This document shows, piece by piece, positions 11,801 to 21,654 of a DNA stretch of 64,000 nt; the stretch's first letter is position 1; each line of letters opens with the position of its first letter. The notes below the pieces were generated by a model, which saw only the letters and a list, made by a program, of their open reading frames with translations, had not been told where the DNA came from and made no database searches. The stretch comes from Cyanidioschyzon merolae (taxonomy: Eukaryota): assembly GCA_000091205.1 (NCBI GenBank), contig AP006490.2. One strand, 5' to 3'. Both the position numbers and the translations under genes were made by a program.

Positions 11801-12775
11801 AAGATATTCCAGCTGTCTCGTCGAATGGACTATTTGGATCGTGCGCTCCACGAAAAGCAGGCGACGCATCTGGATCAGGTTCACAAGGAAATGGTACGCG
11901 AATTGATTGCACGTCGGCAGTCGGCAGCAACCTGCCGTCTGCGTCAGCTGCAGGAGCAGTTTGAGAGCGATCTTGCACGCCGTGCGCGGCTGGAGAGCAT
12001 TTTTAGGGATCCGCTTTACCAGAAGGCTGTCGATCACATCAAAGAGGAGGCTCGGGCACGTGCACTGCGTGAGTGGAAGCCGCGTCAAGGCAACGGTTCT
12101 CCGAATCAACAGACGCCTATAGGCAATGTATCCGCAGAAGAAACCCCTGCAGAGCAGACACCTGGTCGCACAGCAGCAGCAGCAGCAGCAGCAGAACAAC
12201 AACGACAACAACAACAACCACGGAGCGACACTGGGTCCAATGGAGTGCCTGCTTCTGCGTACGAGGCAGCGGCGGAACATTCGCCGACAGCGACTGTCCC
12301 GTATCCCAAACAGGTGCCTCTGGCGGGTACACCCACTGGCAATACCGTGAGCGCGACTCGCTCGAGCGGCGATAACCACTCGGGGCCTGAGCGGCCGGTG
12401 CCACCCGCTGGAGAAACAGTCTCCGAACGTGAACAACAAGCGCGGCACGCACCTGCACCTGCACTTGCACCTGTAGCGCCCCGTTCTGGCATTGTGACGA
12501 TCGTTCACGCTGCGGACAAGGGTCTCCTCGGTGATCAGCCGTTTGTCACGCCATCCACGGCGACGTCAGCTGGAATCCCGGCCCCGAAAGCGACAGGAAA
12601 TGAAGAGTCGAGCCAAAGGCGTGGCTACGTACCGCCACACTTACGCCGTCAGCAACAGGCACCACAGCGTCTAGCTGCAAACCAAGAACCAGAGCAACGA
12701 GCAGGGCTAGGTGCCAGGGCCGGGCCACGGCGCGGTTTTGGCTTCACGGACTCGAATCCACGCCCGTCTTCATAG
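8810..12775 (+). CDS. EIF3A: eukaryotic translation initiation factor 3 subunit A (eIF3A), long low-complexity C-terminus
   Basis: 1321 aa; N-terminus 'KPENALNRAEQLLAVGQKSAAHEALYTLI' matches eIF3a '[28 protein letters not shown]'; PCI region; Gly/Ala/Gln runs; Glu/Arg-rich coiled-coil region. Confidence 0.85.
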   Translation: MSGAYPGRYGSMSRGGGTGGGGGGGGGYGGHRGRNQRFGSRYGRPILKPENALNRAEQLLAVGQKSAAHEALYTLITEHTPINVGGREAQALVAQAQAQAQAAAQVAANAAAVAQEQDEGGARSTAAAAAAAAAAAAAAASAIQSSTSGWSKVHEGIMMRLVELSVELRRPLALKESLHRYRALCGVANTASLEAVVLHAVECSEAAVDAARTLAMESFHASAAAQSPITEDAGDAEGDGNELISEGTDDIVADEVADSDDRGNATDDDAQPAWGVEVPQTLLLEANGMLASRTRIERQLLAPTLMFAWEVFRMCLDILKNNIRVEKAYNEVAERALLFTAKFNRATEFRRLCDILRQHMAGLVRTIVRSPQSEIDQVHWPTVQRMIRIRFQQADQAMASGHWQEAYRTMDDLHELLRICTRGRSPEILAGYFERLATIFETTDNLLLHALALYKLYLVRQAAAEALQNQDPNQDADGQVPGPSSETPRDTAVRLLVATLSIPVKELSAHSKVMEVFADAATLTSFEQARQAKMLDLLQWPSAASAGSNEAWDRLISNPTKSWLIGEVISNGIEEACPEALRELLYEFIDPGLLRWKQAGKARLGTPQSLAAKAQRWFTSMHLDVGSEVAGVTGSGGVDGTGGDCTGAGAPSSKPGQSARASMMPLSRAIIAELLLRIAQYYDSFLLWELRSMVNFLPFVQVHAIVLEFLRAELVPFRLDFRKGVLYRFCRTIEQEELGDALCRIATRLQAAASTITQRASTADEHEIRILNAKEAAFPLERLEREQQRRVTQLEVLQSFLKQLDEVAQRMEREEQRQAQLEAARHAEEEKRRLAEEARRRELEAIRREMEEKEQAELRRLKAEMDARRRVGLSASGAAAGLALPSSVAGIESTAAGASLGTVGIGVDSVGGAGGPARSVWSRSGSGTAAVLSGARATSALPGVAVDSVPGIGAGAADGFTAVGADALDHDGDRLSRQELLQQQQQERLQQRKMLEQKIFQLSRRMDYLDRALHEKQATHLDQVHKEMVRELIARRQSAATCRLRQLQEQFESDLARRARLESIFRDPLYQKAVDHIKEEARARALREWKPRQGNGSPNQQTPIGNVSAEETPAEQTPGRTAAAAAAAEQQRQQQQPRSDTGSNGVPASAYEAAAEHSPTATVPYPKQVPLAGTPTGNTVSATRSSGDNHSGPERPVPPAGETVSEREQQARHAPAPALAPVAPRSGIVTIVHAADKGLLGDQPFVTPSTATSAGIPAPKATGNEESSQRRGYVPPHLRRQQQAPQRLAANQEPEQRAGLGARAGPRRGFGFTDSNPRPSS

Positions 12776-12828
12776 TCGTCGTCGTCGTCGTAGAAAGTGC
12801 TTCTCTTGGGCGCTTTCCCTCGTTACGA

Positions 12829-13713
12829 CTAGGCGGCGTCACGTCGAAGCGATCTTCGCTCGGTCTGTGCCATGAATCCCTGTCGAATCGGAGCCACCGA
12901 CCGAGAGGAGCCGCAGTTTTCGCACTTCATAAAGTAGAGCCGCGTATGGGCATCGCGCATGAGCACGGTCTCGGGGCTCTTGCAACTCGCACACATGACG
13001 TATTCGCGGATGTAACGCCGCAGCACACCCTCGAAACCAGCGGGCTGGAATCGCCCTTTGAGAACCAGACGGGCACTCTCCTGCAGATTCCCGGTGGTGC
13101 CGAGCTCAGCGGCCATGTAGGCTGCCAAGTGCTCCGGTTGTCGACGCAGTGACTGGCATATATCCCCAAAATTAAGGAAAACGGTACGCTTGGAGCCTTC
13201 TCGTGCAATCTGCGGAGGTCGTAGCGATAAGCGGCGACGACCGTCCGGGTTCCCGCCCAGACCCGGGTGCCGTCCGTGGAGCATGTCGAAGATGCGGCGA
13301 AGGAGCTCGTCGTAGGTGTAGTCACGATCCGTACCTTGCCACGGCTCCGCTGCCTCCATATTGTTTTCATGGCTAACGCTGCTGCTGGACGTCGTGATGG
13401 TGCCTGCGTTCACCGCTGTCCCGCTGTCGACAGGCGACGCCGCTCGATCGCCGTCGGATTCGACCTGGAAGTGCACGTGCCGTTCTGTCGGAGCCTGTTC
13501 CGAGTCAAGCGCAGTTGTCGTATCCCCGGCATTCGTTCCTTGTTCTACAGGTTTCTTCTTCTTCTTTTTCTTCATCGATGGGTCGAACAGCAGCGGCTCC
13601 GCTGTGTTCAAAGCAGCAGCGGTGTCCGCAGTTGCGCCGGCGCCAGTCGACGCGGACACCTCGGCAAGGTTCCCGCTCGACTCCTGGAAGGCACCATTTT
13701 CATTCGGGGGCAT
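12829..13713 (-). CDS. EIF2S2: eukaryotic translation initiation factor 2 beta subunit (eIF2-beta)
   Basis: Lys box 'KKKKKKKP'; 'YTYDELLRRIF...RPPQIAREGSKRTVFLNFGDICQSLRRQPEHLAAYMAAELGTTG...LKGRFQ'; C4 zinc finger 'CASCKSPET...CENCGS'; ORF track starts at TTG 13824, first ATG (MPPNENG) at 13713. Confidence 0.85.
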   Translation of the reverse strand: MPPNENGAFQESSGNLAEVSASTGAGATADTAAALNTAEPLLFDPSMKKKKKKKPVEQGTNAGDTTTALDSEQAPTERHVHFQVESDGDRAASPVDSGTAVNAGTITTSSSSVSHENNMEAAEPWQGTDRDYTYDELLRRIFDMLHGRHPGLGGNPDGRRRLSLRPPQIAREGSKRTVFLNFGDICQSLRRQPEHLAAYMAAELGTTGNLQESARLVLKGRFQPAGFEGVLRRYIREYVMCASCKSPETVLMRDAHTRLYFMKCENCGSSRSVAPIRQGFMAQTERRSLRRDAA

Positions 13714-14134
13714 GTTAGACGTCCAGGTGCACGTTTGGAAAACTGCTATCGAGACTTGCGGAAACGCCTGCACCGCAGTAAGCAGCTCTGTTTTTCCTCG
13801 CAGAACGCGTAGCGTACAGCGCAAAGCGTCAGCGCGGCGGTGGATGCGGCGGTGGCGGTGGCGGTGGCGGGCGCCCCGCCAGTGTGTGTGTGTGTGTTTG
13901 TGGGTGCTACCTGGGAGCCGAGTCCTAGTGTTGACTCCCGGGCATCGCTGTGACGATGTTTACCATGAAGGTTGTGATTCCTGGAATATCTATAACAGGG
14001 CTGGTGCTTGCCTCCGATAGTTTTTTCTCGATGGTATGCCCTCAAAGGAGCATATCGTGTAGACTGGGGTACCGCCATGGGGAAGCTGGATGCTAGAGCT
14101 GCTCTCTAGAATAAACCGAACTATTTTTTGATTT

Positions 14135-14548
14135 TTGTTGTGCATACGCGAGAAGCGTGCATTTGGGCACCTGTTCATGGAGTTGGAAAAGGAAACGACA
14201 GATACGTTGCGTCGCTTGGTGGTAGCGTATGGCGCTGGATTGCTAACGATCGGGAACAATTGCAGCACACCTGCACCGTTGACGTGCGTGTCCAATGCGT
14301 GCAAGCATCGATGCTGCACGATTCCCATCGATGTGTTCAGAATGCTATACAAGTATCACAAGCAACATTGCACGCTGAAACAGGTGGACCATACCTGCGT
14401 GAAACAGAGCTGGATGCACGGAATGGAGTGCGGCAAGCGGAGCGAACGTCAGACGGCGAGGCAGTGGAAGGTGACCGGCATTCTACGCTGCGATTCTCTG
14501 ACACCTAGTGCATGGTATCACTGTCTGCTCCGAAACTTGACCCTATAA
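14135..14548 (+). pseudogene. relic fragment of Fanzor/TnpB-like nuclease gene (RuvC-II to zinc-finger region)
   Basis: 'RRLVVAYGAGLLT...TPAPLT...CKHRCCTIPIDVF...YKYHKQHCTLKQVDHTCVKQ...KVTGILR' is co-linear with copy A 'QRLVVAYGAGRWK...TPAPTT...CARRFVTIPVHEF...YTHHELGCTLQRVEMEKCQR...KVRGLLA'; lacks RuvC-III motif; about 45% identity. Confidence 0.45.
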
Positions 14549-14969
14549 GATCAACGTCCGGTAATATCTTGTGTTTTCAGAGCGTCCAGCGGCTTTACGT
14601 CGAGCGCGCTTACCAGGGAATATGGGAGTACTCAGTATAGGCAGTGGTGTGAAGCGCGGAAGACTTGTGACTAAAAAATCAATGTGCTGGAGAAAGTGAT
14701 TGGAAACTCGTCTAGTGCGAGACACTGGTATCAGGTGGTTCAACAATCAAGCCCGAAAAACTGAAGCGCCGTCGATGCATACTCGGAACCATTTTCCTGC
14801 GCAACTGGTGTACCACACCATCGTGATCCATCATGATTCGATAGATACCAGGGAAAAGGCCTTGTGTACGTTGGGCACGTTCGCGTTTTGCTGCTGAACC
14901 GTGTGTGGGGCTCGTTGGTCTCGTAGGGAACCGGAGGATGGACGCGGGGAGCAGGTCGGTTTCCAAGAG

Positions 14970-15629
14970 ATGGACCTAGAGAGTGAGTGGCGAGAAAATC
15001 CACACGAAACTGCGCGGTTCGAAGTGCTGCTCGAGCGCGTACTCGGCAACGGCACTGACTCGGACACTGTGACGACTCCTGAACCGTCGTTGAAGGTACC
15101 AGCTTCCTCGTTGCGGTTGCAGCTGGCTCCACAAGCTGGCGAAAGACTTGACTGGGAATCAGAGGCGGACGCTGCACACCACAGAGGAAACGAGGCGTTT
15201 CGCGCGCGTTTCCTGTACTACGCGTGGCTCGAGTACACCCGTGCGTTGCTCTCTAAACCAACGAACGCAGCTGTGTATGCGAATCGAGCGCAGGTAGATT
15301 TGCTGCTGGCACAATCCGTTCCCGAACATTCGCTATCAACTGCTGTTGACTGGTACCAGCAAGCGCGGCGAGACGCACGACACGCGTGGGGTTGCCTCGG
15401 CGGGAGCGTTACCGCTGAAGGCAACCCTGACTGGGACGAGCGCTCTGCCACCGCGTCTATCCCTGAACCCAAACTAGCCCGTTTGCGATGGAAGGTGTGT
15501 TTACGGTACGCAGCAGCGGCTCGCGGACTAGGTTTGGTGGCTGAGGCAGACGCCGCAGCTGCGAGCGCCCAGCGCCTGAAACTTGCTGCGCGAGCGTCTC
15601 AGCAACGACAGCGAAACGCAAGCTTCTAG
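14970..15629 (+). CDS. TPR-repeat protein (function unknown)
   Basis: TPR consensus in 'AAHHRGNEAFRARFLYYAWLEYTRALLSKPTNAAVYANRAQ'; ORF track start 14901 is GTG, first ATG at 14970. Confidence 0.35.
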   Translation: MDLESEWRENPHETARFEVLLERVLGNGTDSDTVTTPEPSLKVPASSLRLQLAPQAGERLDWESEADAAHHRGNEAFRARFLYYAWLEYTRALLSKPTNAAVYANRAQVDLLLAQSVPEHSLSTAVDWYQQARRDARHAWGCLGGSVTAEGNPDWDERSATASIPEPKLARLRWKVCLRYAAAARGLGLVAEADAAAASAQRLKLAARASQQRQRNASF

Positions 15630-17429
15630 CGTATGGAAGAGCGCTGCGAATGGGCCGTTTGCTGATCCAGCGAAACCTGGTTGCATCTGCCGAAACCCAG
15701 ACGGCAACGCGTGACTTGACTCTTGCGATACCCCGAGCTGTGGATGAGGTCTGGGATCGCGTGCTCAGGATTCGTGTCAGTGGCGGCGCTTGTGTGCGAC
15801 ACGTGTGGACGCGCATCTGAGCATACTCGTGAAAGGCAACTGGCACAGAGAGCCCAGCTCGGCACCTGGCGAAGACTAATACCGCCGTCTCCGCAAGTCG
15901 TCGATGTGCCTTTCCTGGTATCAGCGAACGATACAGCGGTTTGCAACGCCTTCAAGTCCATGCATTGTACATGTATGCCGCACGGTGCAGAGTAGGATAG
16001 CCTAGTATTTCACGAGTTTGTTGCCCGACGCCGTCGATACCGACATGACTTTATATCGTGCGAGGACGTGCACCCGAACCTGCGGATTCTTGGCGAGGCC
16101 ATACCGCCGGTGTCAAGGCCCGCGTCATCGCCTGAGGCCGTTCGGTATGCGCTGCGACAGGTGTTGGCGGGATCATAGATCATTTGGGAGCACACGTCTT
16201 TCCATCCACATTCCGAGTGCCATTCCATTGATCAAACGCTATGAAGGAATAGAGTCGATGCTTCGATCAAGAATAACCGAGTATGCGGGCGCTCTCAAGC
16301 AGCAAGCAGTACATGACAGCGTACGCGCCAACTGCGCGTCTCGAATGGCTGCGTACCGAAGCTGTCGGCAGGAGGCGGTCGTGCCGCGATACCCGCGATT
16401 CCGGTCTATGGTCGCCGCCGTTGCCTTTTGGTGCCAAGTGCGGTGCCTCTAGCTGACACGTGCGTCCCGAAGACCCTGGTTCAACGCATACGTTACAAAA
16501 CCGAAAAAATTGGTAGGTTTCGCACCGCCACCAACGGCTGGTCGCTCGTTGGCTTCACCAGGGCCGCACCACGCGCTCAGTTGGCCACCTGCACCGAGGC
16601 CTCGGACGCTCACGAGCGCTCGGAAACGCTTCGGAGGAGCTGCTCTTCTCAACAGTTGACAGAGGGGCTTGCGAACTGTGCGGATGCAGTTATGTGCTTG
16701 TTTCCTACGCGAGTTGCTTGCGTGCGCGTGACGGAGGCGTTCTGTCACGGACACGGCGGGTTTTACCCGGCCGCAGCGCTGCTCGACCAAATCGTCGCAC
16801 TGATCGAAAGATGGCAACCCGGCTCGAAAGCAAACTTGCGAGGCGTCAACAGCCTGGTTGGTGGTTCACCCACAGGCACCTCGTGGACCGCTGAGGCTTC
16901 GTTGGTTGACAACCCCCAAACCGGGGCCCGGAGCACCGCGGTCACCTGCTCTCGGGGAAAGCGGCCGCTACTCCCCGAACGTATCAGTTCGGCAAACACC
17001 CCGTTTGAACTCGTGCAGGCACGCTTTCGGGAGATCGTACGACCACCATGTGATCTGGTTTTACGAATTGAGCGACACGAGGACGGTCCGCGAGGTCGCA
17101 TGGTATTCGTGACGGCTCGTAGCGCGTCACGACTAGTCGCGGATGTATGCTTCATGTTGCCCGCAGGGTCAGCGTAGAGCGTCATGCAATCCTCCAGGAG
17201 GAGCGCTTTGGTGTACGCGCACCAGCTGCTGCACGTGCACAAGGCGAGCAGCTGTTTCATCTGCGCATATAGCACTGAGGCCAAGCTCCTGGCCCGATGC
17301 ATAGAGCATGCGTATCTCTATGTCAGCATTGGGGTTGCTGCACGCCCTGGACACGCCATCACGTAAAAGCGCCTGTTCTGAATGGTGCTCGCTATGGCTC
17401 TGCTACCGTAATCGCAGTTCCCCGGTAGC

Positions 17430-18272
17430 TTATCGCTTGTCAAGCAGCAAACGACGATTACGATACCATCCGAGGAACCCAAGCGCAGCACTCAATGTGA
17501 ACCAGGTCATACTGTATCCAGCGTGTGTCTCCGGTGAAATGTAGAACTGACAGAGTTCAGCGGTTAACGGGCGGGAGACGGACAAGTCGTGGAGCGGATC
17601 GTTTTGCGCAGTCTCTCCTGGGATGGTGCTTGCCGGCTCTGCGAGCTCCGCAAGCAGCAGCTCGCCCCCAAGATCGGTAGGATCAAGACGAAACCACTTG
17701 TGCTCCGCGGGGTGGTTGCGAGGTATAAAGAATGTCGAGCGCTCTGTTTTCTGCAGAACGGCAATCAAGCTGTTCTGGTGTTCAACGTGACCGGTGAGGT
17801 TTTCCTCGACCTGCCGAACACGCTGCCAGTACTCATTGACTTCCAAGCGCGGAATCCAGCCCCGATTGACGAGGACAGGCCAGTTTATCAAACCGCCGTC
17901 CAGTTGAGGCACGTTCGGCTGTTCCGTGCCCGCCACACGGAAAGGTGTTACGACAAAATAGCCGTATGGATCAGCCGCAGACGCTTGTGCTCCTTGGTCG
18001 CCGCGTGGGCAGGGACGCGGCCCGACTAGACGAGTTTCGTGGTGAACCCACTCGCCCTGCAAACGAACCAACCGATAGGGTTGTGTTTCGAGTGTTCCCC
18101 TGTCCTGTGAAAAGATAGACTCATCGAGCGGTGGAAGTGCAACTTGCTCCCTGCAATCGTTGAGTTGTTCGATTTTCTCTCGACGACGATCGAGCTGCCA
18201 CAGTCCAAGACCAAGCGTTATACTCGCTGGTACATAGGAAATCAGTCTGCTCCATGCTCGAGGGTAAATCAT
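17430..18272 (-). CDS. SURF1: SURF1-like cytochrome oxidase assembly protein
   Basis: N-terminal TM with 'LGLGLWQLDRRREK', C-terminal TM 'WFTLSAALGFLGW' flanking a about 200-aa soluble domain; family architecture of SURF1/Shy1. Confidence 0.65.
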   Translation of the reverse strand: MIYPRAWSRLISYVPASITLGLGLWQLDRRREKIEQLNDCREQVALPPLDESIFSQDRGTLETQPYRLVRLQGEWVHHETRLVGPRPCPRGDQGAQASAADPYGYFVVTPFRVAGTEQPNVPQLDGGLINWPVLVNRGWIPRLEVNEYWQRVRQVEENLTGHVEHQNSLIAVLQKTERSTFFIPRNHPAEHKWFRLDPTDLGGELLLAELAEPASTIPGETAQNDPLHDLSVSRPLTAELCQFYISPETHAGYSMTWFTLSAALGFLGWYRNRRLLLDKR

Positions 18273-19384
18273 GCACGAGAGCCAAAAACCCCTGCCGCAT
18301 CACAGGGAGAAGCGCAGTCAACGCATTGTTGAACGTGCTCGCTGGCTGGGCGTGCTGTCGCCGCAGGACGCCGCCGCAGGAGCGCCAGCGCTCTGAACGC
18401 TGCCCGCAGGCCCTGCGGATACCCGGCACGCTTCTGGTGTGTATCGGGCAAAACAGGACGCTGAAACAGACCACAAACCGTTGCAAGGAACCGCAGCTGC
18501 AATGACGGAGACGACCTACGCGAGTCGAGTGTCCGGTGGAGGCGAGCTCATCCAGAAAAAAAAGCGTCTGCATGCGCAGTTGCTTCGATGCGGCGAGCTG
18601 TTCAACGAGTCCTAGGCGGAAACGCGTCTGTTGTCGTCGTTGCTGCATCCATGAAGTGCGATACCAGTATTGTCGTGGAAGCTGCACCCGCACACTGACT
18701 CCATGCATGCGCTTTGCGTTCACGAAACACGCTCGGGGAGCGGGTTGCGGCGGTGAACACGAATCGAAGGGACGTTGGTCATGTGCAAGTGGTACTGAGC
18801 AGCACAGGCGTCGCTACTTTGGTGCACGAGCGCGAGTGTCCAGATCGGATAGCGTTCCCGCGGACGTAGCGGGCAGCAGTGCGTATCGCGCTACCCACAA
18901 GTGCGTCGACGAGGTACCCGAAGGCGAGCAGCATGCCGTCGAGGTGCGCCCTAGGAGCAAGTGTACTCGCGCGCGCTCTCTCTCTCGCTCTCAAGTCGCA
19001 GGCAATGGATCCAGGAACGTGCGCTAGTCCGCGTATCTCTGCCGGCTCTGTTGACAGCATCGATTGTATACACCAGGATACGATTGGTTGCTTCGCTAAA
19101 CAAACTTTCAAAACAATGGAACACTGGCGCAGGCGTCAGGGCGTCGCGCACTGCAGCATAAGGGAAGAGTGCTTTTGGAGTCACTGCTGCAACATATGGA
19201 AATAAGGACTCCAGGTCGACTCGCGTAGCATGGCTGCGGTAAGGCCTGCCGCCCGCCATGCGCCTCTTCTGCCTCGTACGCAGCGGCGTTCGGACGCCGA
19301 ATTCTCGCGTCCAGTTCTTTTTTTCAGATTCCAAAACGTTTACATTGACCATGCGTCCCAGAATTCGCAATGGATAATGGCGCT

Positions 19385-19590
19385 CGGGAAAGCGTCCATC
19401 ATGAAGCACCAGCCTTCAAGTTCCATTACCCATACTTCCTCTCGGATAGACTGGTCGTTACGTATATTCTATCGTGTGCCGAGTGTCTGCCTCGAGCACC
19501 CGCCATAGCGCTTATATACCGCTGAAGCAGGTGCTGCACGGAGACAGAACGGCGCTGCCGTACCAGTCAGGGCGTCGGCTCGAGGCGTGA
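19385..19590 (+). repeat. about 200-bp dispersed repeat R2, copy a
   Basis: about 85% identical to 24205-24400 ('atacttcctctcggatagactggtcgt...ctatcgtgtgccgag...gctgcacggagacagaacggcgctgccgtacca...gggcgtcggctcgaggcgtg'). Confidence 0.5.
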
Positions 19591-19999
19591 TTCATCCGAC
19601 GCGGGGTCCGGGAACATAACCATTCTAGGAGCCTGCGACAGTGCGAACCGATCTACTAGGAGTCCACTGCGACCAGGGCGACGCCCGGATGCAGCTTTAC
19701 TGCGTCTATTCCCAGAATGAAATGCGTTGTAGAGGAGCTGCGCACGTCTCGCCACAGCACCTGCCACAGAGATAAGCATGAAGCACTAGCTAGCCCTGCA
19801 GACTCGTCCGGCTCGCGGGACCTTCCGCCGAGAAGGTAAACCTTCGAAGATACGGAAGCTTTTCCCCTATCAACGCTTATCATACAGGTCGAACGAAACT
19901 GTTATCGAGTTGCTAGTCAGTGGTTAGATTCTGTTCTTTCTTCCCCAGGAGAGTGCTCGCAGCTCAGGGGCAGGCACCCTCGCATCCACTGCTGCTGCA

Positions 20000-21637
20000 A
20001 TGCGATTCGCAGACCCGAAGCCGCAGGCGTCGATACAGACACCGTGCTGCGCCAGCCAGTCGCAGCCTGCTCGCTTCGAGGCGATACCACGTCCAGCGAG
20101 CCAGTCGTGCAGCGCGGGAGGCAAAGCGGTTTCCATGGCTCCCGCCAAGAGCGACGAGCAAGTGGTGCCAGACGTGGCTTCCGAACGAGGCACACCGCAG
20201 AGAACAAGTCTGGAAAGCTTGTTCGAGGAAGAGTCGCTCGCACAGGGAGAAAGGGTACGTTCGCAGGTATCCCGCCTGGGGCTGCGTCGAGCACCTCCCC
20301 TGGCTAGTCAAGGCGACGAAAGCATAGAAACTGCTGCGAGCCTTCCTGAGACGGAGGTTGAGTCTTCCGTCCAGACAGAGAGCAGGCAACGCAGCGAAAG
20401 CGTTGGCGTCACCGTGGACCTGGAGCAGGTCTATAACCGGTTGCGCGACTCGCAGACGGGTCTGCAGCTTGCTGACCGCCGCTGGCGACTAATCACGTAT
20501 TCCCGCTGCTTCGTCGGATCCGAGGCGGTTCAGTGGATGCAGATCAACCTGGGAATATCTCGTGAAGAGGCCATTGACCTGGGCCAGCGACTGATGGATG
20601 CTGGTTTGTTTCACCACGTGACCTACTCGGAGCCGTTTCGTGATGGAAACTTCTTTTACGCTTTCCAAGAGGACGAGGAATCGAACGTTCTGAATACGAA
20701 ACTAATATGGGATCCGACACGGCGGCCACGGGACCCGGTTGTCGTGGCAAAAGAGCTGATTACCCGCCTTGCGCTGCTCTGCGAGGTCTTTCGCCATCCA
20801 TCCAATGCGAACGAGGTCGACTTTGAAAGTCTCCGGTCGAGTGACGCGTTTCGCAAGTACACCTTTGCGGCAGCTGAACTCCAGCGGGTCGATTTAGGGC
20901 CGCTCAGCCCGGAAGAGCGCCTCTGCTTCTTTTGCAATGTGTACAACGCGCTCTGCCTGCATGCTCACGTCGTCCATGGACCACCGAATACCGTGCTTCG
21001 GCGATGGAGCTTCTTCAAGTCGCTTAGCTACCGAATAGCGGGAATGGACTTTACCCTTGATGACATTGAACACGGTGTTTTGCGCGGGAATCAAACCCGT
21101 CCCTATGGCTTGATCCGACAGTTCCGGCCGGGCGACCCCCGCATGCAGTACGTGCTGAGTCGCCGCGACCCGCGCATCCATTTTGTGATCAGCGCGGGTA
21201 CGCAGAGCGATCCGCCCATGCGCATTCTCGATGGCGAGAATATCGATGAAGAACTTCACTTTGCCACAGAATCGTTTCTCGAAGAGAGTTGCAAGGTATC
21301 CGCATCTGCTCTTGAGGTGACGTTGCCGCGAATTTTTTCTTGGTATCGAGACGACTTTGCCAAGGGGAATCTTGAGCTTTTACGATGGATTTTGCCGTAC
21401 CTGGGTCTGGAGAAGCGGCGAGCGCTGGAGTCGATGCTTGACAATGCCAAGAGTGACTCGAGCATATCGATACGATACGAGGCATTCACCTGGAATGCAG
21501 GGGCCCGCTTCAGTGCTGCCATTGTTCGCCGCAAACGCAGACGATTGGAGCAGGAGCGGGCGTCATCGCAGCCGCCTGCCGACGAGGAACCTGCTGCGGC
21601 TACTGCCGCAAGCCCTGTTTCGAGCAAGCCAGCGTAA
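20000..21637 (+). CDS. DEP-domain plus DUF547-domain protein
   Basis: 'RRWRLITYSRCFVGSEAVQWMQINLGISREEAIDLGQRLMDAGLFHHV' (DEP); 'FFCNVYNALCLHAHVVHGPPNT...FFKSLSYRIAGMDFTLDDIEHGVLRGN' (DUF547); ATG at 20000. Confidence 0.7.
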   Translation: MRFADPKPQASIQTPCCASQSQPARFEAIPRPASQSCSAGGKAVSMAPAKSDEQVVPDVASERGTPQRTSLESLFEEESLAQGERVRSQVSRLGLRRAPPLASQGDESIETAASLPETEVESSVQTESRQRSESVGVTVDLEQVYNRLRDSQTGLQLADRRWRLITYSRCFVGSEAVQWMQINLGISREEAIDLGQRLMDAGLFHHVTYSEPFRDGNFFYAFQEDEESNVLNTKLIWDPTRRPRDPVVVAKELITRLALLCEVFRHPSNANEVDFESLRSSDAFRKYTFAAAELQRVDLGPLSPEERLCFFCNVYNALCLHAHVVHGPPNTVLRRWSFFKSLSYRIAGMDFTLDDIEHGVLRGNQTRPYGLIRQFRPGDPRMQYVLSRRDPRIHFVISAGTQSDPPMRILDGENIDEELHFATESFLEESCKVSASALEVTLPRIFSWYRDDFAKGNLELLRWILPYLGLEKRRALESMLDNAKSDSSISIRYEAFTWNAGARFSAAIVRRKRRRLEQERASSQPPADEEPAAATAASPVSSKPA

Positions 21638-21654
21638 ATACGCGCTCATCACTC

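Noticed and set aside
11507-12508. 333-aa minus-strand ORF
   Set aside because: Lies antisense inside the eIF3A coding region; Cys/Arg-rich low-complexity product typical of GC-rich antisense frames.
12829-13824. ORF-track start coordinates using TTG/GTG (eIF2beta 13824, TPR 14901, mito-RPS15 22330, Nudix 35450, SLC25 39759, 49816, 59704)
   Set aside because: Prokaryote-style alternative starts are not appropriate for a eukaryotic nuclear genome; starts moved to first in-frame ATG.
16428-17177. 249-aa plus-strand ORF
   Set aside because: Track start is TTG, no internal ATG near the N-terminus, no recognisable domain; region 15.65-17.4 kb left unannotated.
19400-19460. 'ATACTTCCTCTCGG' in R2 resembling the U1 snRNA 5' end (ATACTTACCTG)
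   Set aside because: Would pair with AGAGGAAGUAU rather than GUAAGU; no Sm site or U1 stem-loops; resemblance superficial.
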